Shown here in pieces: positions 54,504-64,000 of a stretch of 64,000 bases of DNA. The position numbers and the translations under genes are program-made. The stretch's first letter is position 1. Each line of letters starts with the position of its first letter. The notes under the pieces were generated by a model that was not told where the DNA came from, made no database searches, and saw only the letters and a program-made list of their open reading frames with translations. Location: NCBI GenBank assembly GCA_030141605.1, contig JAQGDQ010000498.1, forward strand, positions 98,816-162,815, written 5' to 3'. This stretch comes from Tubiluchus corallicola. Lineage: Eukaryota > Animalia > Priapulida.

Positions 54504-55931
54504 ATGCCTACAATAGGACAAAAAGGTGCAGTTGATACTTCGTCAAAAGATGGTGAAGAAAGCAAAAACAGTGAAGCAAGTGGAGGACAGTCCAGTGAAA
54601 GGATTGGTGACCGAGTCAAAGCCTTGAAAAGGGGAAAAATGGCTGCTAAACAACGGTTTACAAAGCAGATCAACCGGTTTGGAGTCATTCTATGGGAACA
54701 GGAGGATTTACAGTTAATAAAACAGCATTGGGAGCAGATGGATCTGATACAAGTAAGAACTACTGACATTATTAGAGAGTTGCATGAATATTACTGCACG
54801 CTGGATGATGTTGATATGATTGAGAAAATGGAACAAGAAATGGAAAAGCTAAACGAGACTTTTGAAAAAGCGTCAAATGATTATCAACGGAAGTTGAAAA
54901 TGATTAATGGTAATAAAAAACAACCAGTGCAGTTACACTCGTCTGCTGTCAGTCAAGAGCCGGAGGAACCATCCATTGGTAGGGATTTGTGGAAGCAACT
55001 GAAAAGAGTTAGCATTCCAATGTTTTCCGGAGATGTGAAAGAATATGAGAACTGGAAAGCTGCATTCAATGCCTGTGTAAATGATGCACCTGCAACAAAG
55101 AAATACAAATTGCTTCAGCTTAGGCAGTATTTATCGGGTGTTGCACTGCAAGCAATTTCTGATCTGGGACATTCAGCTATGGCGTACGATGCTGCGTTAC
55201 AGCGATTAGAGCGAAAGTTTGGAGGGAAATCGAGACAGGTAGCACTACAGTTCCAGGAATTGCGAAGTTTCAAACCAGTGCGAGCTAACAACCCAGATGA
55301 TCTCGGTAAATTTGCTGATTTGCTCGACATTGCAATAATTAACATCAAGGAGTTTGGACTAGAAAATGAGTTAAATAGCCAAATGTTCTACAGCATGCTA
55401 CTGGAGAAGTTAACAGAGCAAATGGTGAAGGATTACAAATGTTGGATATTAGAAAATAAGAAAGAAGATTCTGTCATGGTTCTCAAAGAGTGGATTGTGC
55501 GAGAAGCAGAATGCAGAACACAGGCTTTTGAGATTGTCCACGGAGTTGGAAGTCCAGCACAGAATGAGAAACCGAAATGGAAAAACAAAATATTTTTTGC
55601 AAAGCAAGGAGGCACTAATCAATCAAAACAGCCACATGCAATGCGAAAGACACCTGGTAGAAGATGTGCATTCTGCACAGAAGATCACCCCATTTGGTTT
55701 TGCCAGAAGTTCAAGGATTTGGACATGGATGGGAGATGGAACGATGTCACAAAACTCAAGCTGTGGTTCCAATGTCTGGGCGATGACCACCAAGCTAGCC
55801 GATGTTATAGAATGCGAAGTTGTGGAATAAATTCATGCACACAGAATCACAACAGGCTTCTTCATCAAACATATCCTAAATCGCGTAGCATGCCAAAAGC
55901 TATTGTAGAACAAAGGATGCAAGAGGGGTAG
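54504..55931 (+). CDS. BEL/Pao gag (DUF1759-like region and zinc knuckles)
   Basis: QLKRVSIPMFSGD, KLLQLRQYLSG, CAFCTEDHPIWFC, CGINSCTQNHNRLLH. Confidence 0.9.
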   Translation: MPTIGQKGAVDTSSKDGEESKNSEASGGQSSERIGDRVKALKRGKMAAKQRFTKQINRFGVILWEQEDLQLIKQHWEQMDLIQVRTTDIIRELHEYYCTLDDVDMIEKMEQEMEKLNETFEKASNDYQRKLKMINGNKKQPVQLHSSAVSQEPEEPSIGRDLWKQLKRVSIPMFSGDVKEYENWKAAFNACVNDAPATKKYKLLQLRQYLSGVALQAISDLGHSAMAYDAALQRLERKFGGKSRQVALQFQELRSFKPVRANNPDDLGKFADLLDIAIINIKEFGLENELNSQMFYSMLLEKLTEQMVKDYKCWILENKKEDSVMVLKEWIVREAECRTQAFEIVHGVGSPAQNEKPKWKNKIFFAKQGGTNQSKQPHAMRKTPGRRCAFCTEDHPIWFCQKFKDLDMDGRWNDVTKLKLWFQCLGDDHQASRCYRMRSCGINSCTQNHNRLLHQTYPKSRSMPKAIVEQRMQEG

Positions 55932-56204
55932 ACAACATCGACAGGTTCTCAAGTGCAGCTGACTACCATGCTGAGCTGCCAACAACCAAAACTTCGAGTG
56001 TCATTTGGAGAGCAAGTTCAGATGTTTTTGCATTTCACATCAACATGCCACCACTCGAATTCAAGATGGCAAAGAGAAATGTTCTGAGAAAACTAGCAAC
56101 AATTTTTGATCCTGCTGGATTTATTTCTCCATTTGTAGTCCGTGGGAAGATATTACTGCAAGAAATTTGGACAGCAGGCTTTGGCTGGGATGACACAATA
56201 AATT

Positions 56205-56852
56205 CTTGTTTTCTCAGGACATTTCTCTTTGCCATCCTGAATTCGAGTGGTGGCATGTTGATGTGAAATGCAAAAACATCTGAACTTGCTCTCCAAATGA
56301 CACCAAAATTTTTGGTTGTTGGCAGTTCATGTTCTAAATCTATTTCTTGCAGGCGTTGTTCCACTGGTATTTCTGCTAAGACTTTTGATGAGTTCGACAA
56401 CCATTTTCTTGCATACATGCCAGCTAGCGCCCAGAGTTCTGACAGTTCATGGTACAAAGTCTTTCCATCTTCAATCGTAGGAACAGAATCCATGCTGTCA
56501 TCCATGTATGTTGAATGCAGCATAGTCTCTGAAGCCATTGGAAATTTCTCTTGATTCTTTCTTGCATGTTCCTGTGTGACAAGTTGAGCTAAAACGGTGA
56601 TGCATTTTCTCCAAAAACTACACGACAAAACTCACATTCATCTGGTTGCCTGTGGTGTCAAGATTTCTCCAGAAGAAACGATGAAAATGTCTGTCTTCTT
56701 CAGCTATTATTATGCGAAGATACATTTCAGCAATGTCACAGACCAAGGCAATTGGTTCCTTCCGAAATCGAAGTAGAACATTATTCAGGTCCTGCTGCAA
56801 TTATGGTCCTTGATGCTCGGTATCATTCAAGGAAACTCCATCATATTTGGCA
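56205..56852 (-). pseudogene. Inverted Pao reverse-transcriptase fragment
   Basis: [45 protein letters not shown] on the strand opposite gag. Confidence 0.9.
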
Positions 56853-57264
56853 TGTGATCGAGAGGAATGAGAACTCATCTGTGTAGCTGCCGTTGTTCGT
56901 GACAGAGCACAAAGTCAGTTTCTACTGAACTAGAAGTTTGTCGTTACTCCAATGCAATGAATACCACCATTAACGTCTTCAAGAATCTTAATACTAGACT
57001 TTTTATTCTTGCCAAGTTCTGCAGTTGGTTCAAATAAATCTATGATATCCTCATTGTATAACTCAAGAAATTGAGTAGACACTTTGAATTCTGGAGGGCT
57101 TTCATTTCTTTCATTAGCAGCTCTTCTCCTCTGTCCAATGCCGTCAAACAGATGCCGCACAGCACGAGGAACTATACCTTGTTCCTCTTCAGAGATGTTC
57201 ATTTCAAATCCGGTGCCTATTGAGTAGGTTTTACCTGCACCAGCCTGACCGTATGCCAAGACTG
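56853..57264 (-). pseudogene. Captured intronless kinesin-4 (KIF21-like) motor-domain fragment
   Basis: [21 protein letters not shown]...[11 protein letters not shown]...[13 protein letters not shown]...GVTT, then after a frameshift ALSRTTAATQMSSHSSRSHA (P-loop to switch I). Confidence 0.9.
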
Positions 57265-57282
57265 TTTCTGGTAAAACCTACA

Positions 57283-57423
57283 CAATGGGCTCTTGGACGA
57301 ATCGTCAAAACTTATCCAGGGCAAGATGGTCATGTAAGAGTCGCAAAAATTCAAGTTGGCAATCAACAAATGACGAGACCAATTTCCAAAATCTGCATCC
57401 TGGAATCATGTGGTGATGGTTGA
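57283..57423 (+). pseudogene. Pao integrase C-terminal fragment (DUF5641-like)
   Basis: QWALGRIVKTYPGQDGHVRVAKIQVGNQQMTRPISKICILE. Confidence 0.9.
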
Positions 57424-59379
57424 CACATCACGAGGGGGAGGATGGACAGAAGAAAATCATTTTTTAAATATTCTAAATTTAAATTTATGTTGTAGTGTCA
57501 TTTCAGAATAAAATTTTAAACTAAATTTCAAGTTTTTTGGTTTCTTCAAACCAATTGTAACACAGCTTTCTGTAATAATCTTTATTCTGCTATCAAAGAA
57601 GCCAAGTAGACTTTGATTTTGGTTTGATTAGTAGTCTGTAGAGAATAGGTGACTTTTCCATTTATGGTCTGTAAATGTACCATCCAATAGGAACTTGTAT
57701 GTCTGGTCATGTGATTACAGCTTTATTCTCTTAGGCATGCAAGTTCAGTTGATCTAGAGACGGCATTGAGAAAGGATGCAAAATTTCCACTGTAAAATAT
57801 CATATTGCTAACTTTATGACTGTTTGTTAAATTTTATGGTCTGTGAACATTGTATACGTTTTACAATAAAATGATTGCAAATTTCTACACGCACGCATGC
57901 ACGCACTCACGCGCACACACATACACACACATATAAGAATATACTCTTATGAACCCAGCTTTCATGCTAATAATCTTTTCCACAGTTCCAGCGATTGATG
58001 ATGATCGTAAAAAGGTCGAAGTTTAAGTGTACCAAAATTTGTGTACATTTGACAACACCTCGTAGTCCATGCTATTGCAATAATAACAGTTTTCACAACT
58101 AGAATCTTACCTAGTTCATTTTTTTCTTGTTCCAAAGCAAGATCCTGCTAGTAAATCACTCCACGCACAGACTAACGCATAATTAAGTAAAATCTACGTA
58201 TAACAGCTTAAGTTACCGAACTGATGTGGCAGACGGCTTTGCTTTACACACATGTGACCTGATGGCTATAGCCAAGACGCGTTGCTGTGGTATATTTAAC
58301 ATTTGACCTACAGCAACTGCGCACGCGCACAACGAAACTGCGGAAAGGCTTTATTAAGTAAAATTGAAGTATAGCGCAATTTAGATTATAGTGTGGTTAT
58401 AGTGTAGTCATAGCTGCTAATTTATTTTATCAAAAACATAAGACACCTTTACATTTAGTTTATTTAATAAAATAAAGACACGTATCACACTATTTAGTTA
58501 AACATTTCATGCTGTTTTTACACTAGTGTTACATTTACACTTAATATCTGCTATTTTTGTTGACAAACAAATTATTGTGTTTCATAAACAAGTACAACAC
58601 TATTTAATCTATGTATATGTATAAAGGAGATACAATATGACTTAAGTACTTGTTTATCATTTTCAAAATCAGTATGCACATAATGACTAGTTGACAATTT
58701 AGGAATTAACCAACATAAAACTCATGAATTGTACAACTGAGTCAAAATGAACTGTACAGTTGACTAGATTAAATCATAGCTCAAAAGTGAAGCCAAACCC
58801 GGAATTAATTTGGCACAACTATGTAAATTAATGCAAACTACTTTAAAACTCAGTTTTTCAAATACTAAAAACATTATGGTCACTTTTAAGAACGTTTATG
58901 AAACGTGCAGAAATATTAACATTGTGATGGTAAAAATGCCTTTATTTCAAGATAGAAGATTTTCATAAAAATTGTTTTTCGGTAAACTGTACGAAACTGT
59001 ACATAAAAATTATGATCTTATTACTTCGTTTTCCAGCTATTATAATATGGCTTCTGTTCTATCCAACACACTTTAGTTTATAGGCATTGCTAGACTCTTT
59101 TAAAATTATTGAACATTCTTTTTACAAAAAAAAATAATTCACATTTTTTTAAGTATGTTTGAGTACTTAGTTCACATATTTACTATCAGCTTTTTTATTA
59201 TGCCTACCAAAACATGAAGGCGGCCATCAGTATTAAAGTCAGAGGTTAGTGGATATTTTAGTACAAAAAATTCATCACTCACTGTTTGATTGTTTTCTGT
59301 TAGTCGTTACGTACGGGTCTTGGCGTCGAGACTTTTGTGTCTTAAAAACAGCTTATTTAAAATGCTGTTCAAAAGCTCT

Positions 59380-59868
59380 CTCTTGTTCACACTGCGCACG
59401 CACGATCTTGTTCACACTGTGTACGCACGATCTTGTTCACACTGCGCACGTACGATCTTGTTCACACTGTGTACGCACGATCTCGTTCACACTGTGTACG
59501 CACGATCTCGTTCACACTGCGCACACACGAACTTGTTCACACTGTGTACGCACGATCTCGTTCACACTGTGTACACACGATCTTGTTCACACTGTGTACG
59601 CACGATCTTGTTCACACTGTGTATGCACGAACTTGTTCACACTGTGTACGCACGATCTTGTTCACACTGTGTACGCACGATCTTGTTCACACTGTGCACG
59701 CACGATATTGTTCACACTGTGTACGCACGATCTTGTTCTCACTGTGCACGCACGATCTTGTTCACACTGTGTACGCACGATCTTGTTCACACTGTGTACG
59801 CACGATCTTGTTCACACTGTGCACGCACGATCTTGTTCACACTGTGCATGCACGATCTTGTTCACACT
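59380..59868. repeat. 25-bp minisatellite, ~19 copies
   Basis: (tcttgttcacactgtgtacgcacga)n. Confidence 0.97.
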
Positions 59869-60567
59869 ATCAGTGTGGCTGTTGCTTAAATTTTACTGTG
59901 AAACTGAGATGTTCTCAGGAGAAGTGTGATAATGAAGCATTGAGTGTCATCTTTTACTTTGCTCATGGATAATTTAAGTCAAGTCACCTAGGAACGACAA
60001 ATAAGAGAAATATATCCTGCACTTATCAAGTTGGTAGTTCTCGACTTGCGACTGTTTACGACCCGCGCACAACTTAATTAATTATATAGAACTAACTGTA
60101 ACTCTCACATTTCTTTCTATCTTTTTAAATGAATTAAATTAAATCGTTATTTTTGTTTTGATAAAATCATCTATAGGCACCACAGTTCTCGCTGTGTGGA
60201 CAGTGGCGGATCTAATACGGGAGAAAGAAGAGCAATTTTTTCACATTTTTTCAAAATTGGCGGCTTTTCAATAAACCGTCTTATTATTTTATTTCATCAA
60301 CCTGCCTCCCCCGTGTTTGATAAAATCAGTGTAGGCCTACATTTGTCATTTGTCAAGGTTGAATGCTCCCCTAAATTTAGAACCTAGCTACGGCCCTTTA
60401 GTTTTACACCTGAATGGATTGTATTGGTAAGTCAACGATTACCTCTACAAAGGTTCATTTGTGACGTATTTCACAAATGTTTGTAACTTTGGTGTTTTCA
60501 TGCCCGAGTTTCTTACTATTGCTTCTTCCTCACCTCTTACTGTTGTTTTACATTACTGTTTTAAACA

Positions 60568-60762
60568 CTAATCAGTGCTTTTTGAAAAAGTACTCAAAAG
60601 CTCGATAGGCAATGGAAATATAATCGTGGAATTCTTTTCCGCAGAAATAGTGCTCAGCGTCTGCAAGTATCGCAGTTGTATCGCCGATGATGATTGGCTC
60701 ATTATGTCTGCCGCCTCTTTCAAAGCTCTTGATGCCTTCTGCTCTCCCTCCGCTGCTATGAC
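60568..60762 (-). CDS. Stomatin / band-7 (SPFH) protein, last coding exon
   Basis: ttttgcag|GTC; VIAAEGEQKASRALKEAA...QLRYLQTLSTISAEKNSTIIFPLPIEL, the canonical stomatin C-terminus. Confidence 0.95.
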   Translation of the reverse strand, partial: VIAAEGEQKASRALKEAADIMSQSSSAIQLRYLQTLSTISAEKNSTIIFPLPIELLSTFSKSTD

Positions 60763-61082
60763 CTGCAAAAACACAAAACTTGATTGTCAACATAGCTAAT
60801 ATATTAAACTTAAGCCAGTTGAATATGTTATATATTTTTTATGAAAACACCAAAGTAGACCATCTACAGATATTTTTCTTTCACACATGTCATATCATAT
60901 TGTATCTATAGTGTTAATACGGCCATTGTCCTTTATGTATCGGTGCTGATTTAATCAAAATTGGTGAATGGTCGAAAAGTATCTCCAAATTTATTTAGAT
61001 TTTGGAACACTGCTGCTTGAGCCAAAAATAACTATATTGAGAAATGCCATATTTGGTAACTTCGAGTTTATGACATTTCTTG

Positions 61083-62090
61083 TTATACAGGGCGTTCCAT
61101 TTCATAGGGGTTATACAGGGCGTTCCATTTCATAGGTGTTACACAGGGCGTTCCATTTCATAGGTGTTACACGGGGCGTTCCATTTCATAGGTGTTAAAC
61201 AGGGCGTTCCATTTCATAGGGGTTATACAGGGCATTCCATTTCATAGGGGTTATACAGGGCGTTCCATTTCATAGGGGTTATACGGGGCGTTCCATTTCA
61301 TAGGGGTTATACAGGGCATTCCATTTCATAGGGGTTATACAGGGTATTCCATTTCATAGGGGTTATACAGGGCGTTCCATTTCATAGGTGTTAAACAGGG
61401 CGTTCCATTTCATAGGGGTTATACGGGGCGTTCCATTTCATAGGTGTTAAACAGGGCGTTCCATTTCATAGGGGTTATACAGGGCGTTCCATTTCATAGG
61501 GGTTATACAGGGCGTTCCATTTCATAGGGGTTATACGGGGCGTTCCATTTCATAGGGGTTATACAGGGTGTTCCATTTCATAGGGGTTATACAGGGCATT
61601 CCATTTCATAGGGGTTATACAGTGCGTTCCATTTCATAGGGGTTATACAGGGCGTTCCATTTCATAGGGTTATACAGGGCGTTCCATTTCATAGGGGTTA
61701 TACAGGGTGTTCCATTTCATAGGGGTTATACAGTGCATTCCATTTCGTAGGGGTTATACAGGGCGTTCCATTTCATAGGGGTTATACAGGGTGTTCCATT
61801 TCATAGGGGTTATACTGGGTGTTCCATTTCATAGGGGTTATACAGGGTGTTCCATTTCATAGGGGTTATACAGGGCGTTCCATTTCGTAGGGGTTATACA
61901 GGGTGTTATTTCTAGGGGTTATAAGGGCGTTCCATTTCGTAGGGGTTATACAGGGTGTTCCATTTCATAGGGGTTATACTGGGTGTTCCATTTCATAGGG
62001 GTTATACAGGGTGTTCCATTTCATAGGGGTTATACAGGGCGTTCCATTTCGTAGGGGTTATACAGGGTGTTCCATTTCGTAGGGGTTATA
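61083..62090. repeat. 27-bp minisatellite, ~37 copies; monomer contains a mariner-type TIR end
   Basis: (ttatacagggygttccatttcataggg g)n, containing TA|CAGGGTGTTCCA. Confidence 0.97.
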
Positions 62091-62746
62091 TGCCAACTTT
62101 AAAATTCAGTCATGTGATCAAGGATGAATTGAAGTTTATTTATTTCAAGTTTATTTATTTCATGCTCACTCGGCTTAGTCTCTCGTGCAGTGTCGTATTC
62201 CTAGACTGCCAATTAAATTTTAAAATTGACATGAGACTTTCGTTCCCTGCCACTAAACATATAATTGGTTATCAATTGAAAAAAAGATCAAGAAAGTTCT
62301 GAAAGAGAATGTCGGCACTTTGTTCCGGGAGGCATGTGGCATGAAACTATGCAACGTAATGAAACCGAAGACGCTTTTATAGCACAGAAAATAGTTAGTA
62401 CCGACTCGTAGTTAAAATTAGTGGGGGCGCTGCATTAAAAAATTTTCAGGCATTGTTTTGATAATTTGTAAAACGAAACAAACATATAAAGAGAAAATTT
62501 ATACATAAATTTGATAAAATCCTAAACAAAAAATACTTCTTACTTGCTAATATCCTAAATTGTTACAGTTCAAGTTACATTAATCTAATTAATTAATTTA
62601 TTAAGTTAATTCGAGGTTAAATTGATCCATTCAATTAGGAACAAAATCCATTCTTTTTGTTTTACTTTACAGGAAAAGATTAATAATTTTCTCCGTGAGC
62701 GACAGTGCTCTCTCTACCTCTATCGTGCAGTGGAGCTTCTCCCCCC

Positions 62747-63175
<429 letters not shown>

Positions 63176-63448
63176 CTGTGCAGCTTCTGATCTCAGACAC
63201 ATGCGCATGGCCGCATGCACACAACAGCCAAACACCATGTTGCTGGAACTGTGAAGCGCACTGTTCCATCATGTGCTCTGGTTCCGTACAAGGACTTACA
63301 GGTATGTACAAGTATAGATAAAGAATTAAAAAAGACCGATTATACTGAAAATTAGTGATAATACCACAGCTCCACAGTGCCTATACACGAGCCGCCACTA
63401 GTAATACTTGGAATTCTCCTATTAGGAAGTAAGAATAGTAACTCTCAC

Positions 63449-63527
63449 CTTTGCTCTTGCCTCGCGAGCGGCTTCTGCTTCTGCAGCCATTGCACGTTGA
63501 AGTTGTATTGGCAATCGAACATCCTTA
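63449..63527 (-). CDS. Stomatin penultimate coding exon (not in ORF track)
   Basis: ttttcag|T ... AAG|gtgaga; KDVRLPIQLQRAMAAEAEAAREARAK, phase 0 into VIAAEGE. Confidence 0.95.
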
Positions 63528-63828
63528 CTGAAAAATTTGTCTACGCATTACAGACTGTACTGTCTTAGTTCAAAATGCCTACAAAATGGCTGGACATTAT
63601 GTATAAAATGAAATACATTCATAATAGCTTCTGACGAATTGCAATGGTATTACAAAGTGGTGTCTATAACCCAAGGTGGGTGTGAGTCTTTTGTTGTTTG
63701 GGTAATTTTTCACACCTATTCCTGTAGATAAGCTTAGTCAAATATCGAAGTTAGGACATTGAGTCACTGGCTAGGTCAGCAAAAGTGATTTATTTGTATG
63801 GTCTATTTGTATCTGTCAGAATAATATG

Positions 63829-63997
<169 letters not shown>

Positions 63998-64000
63998 TGA

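Larger units (their letters stand above)
54141..57553 (+). mobile_element. Rearranged BEL/Pao LTR retrotransposon carrying a host kinesin fragment
   Basis: LTRs 54141-54470 and 57443-57553 (TG...CA; 3' LTR internally deleted); TSD ATTAT/ATTGT; PBS TGGTAGCAGAG (initiator tRNA-Met) at 54477; PPT GAGGGGGAGGA. Confidence 0.93.

Noticed and set aside
59249-59972. Cys/His-rich ORFs resembling metal-binding proteins
   Set aside because: All three frames read the same 25-bp repeat

Overview
AT-rich, intron-containing animal genomic DNA, probably an invertebrate (inferred from spliced genes, TE content and tandem-repeat load). Three host genes were reconstructed by hand from GT-AG sites and frame continuity: (1) the last three exons of a Schlafen/AlbA_2-domain (SLFNL1-like) gene, + strand, 1483-4257; (2) a complete 10-coding-exon, 651-aa type-B carboxylesterase/cholinesterase-family gene with signal peptide, intact Ser-Glu-His triad and a C-terminal TM helix, - strand, 35421-51963; (3) the last two exons of a stomatin gene, - strand, 60568-63527. 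About 6.5-27.4 kb is a nested transposon pile (Sola-like, Gypsy, BEL/Pao, hAT, CRE fragment) whose coding remnants all lie on the - strand. Highlights: a BEL/Pao LTR element (54141-57553) carrying an intronless antisense KIF21-type kinesin fragment and an internal fold-back; an intronic array of 8 decoy copies of the esterase exon-6 splice acceptor; a Gypsy element with a splice-acceptor-led C2H2/coiled-coil ORF after integrase; and satellites built from DNA-transposon ends. Family calls rest on recalled motifs; no database search was run.
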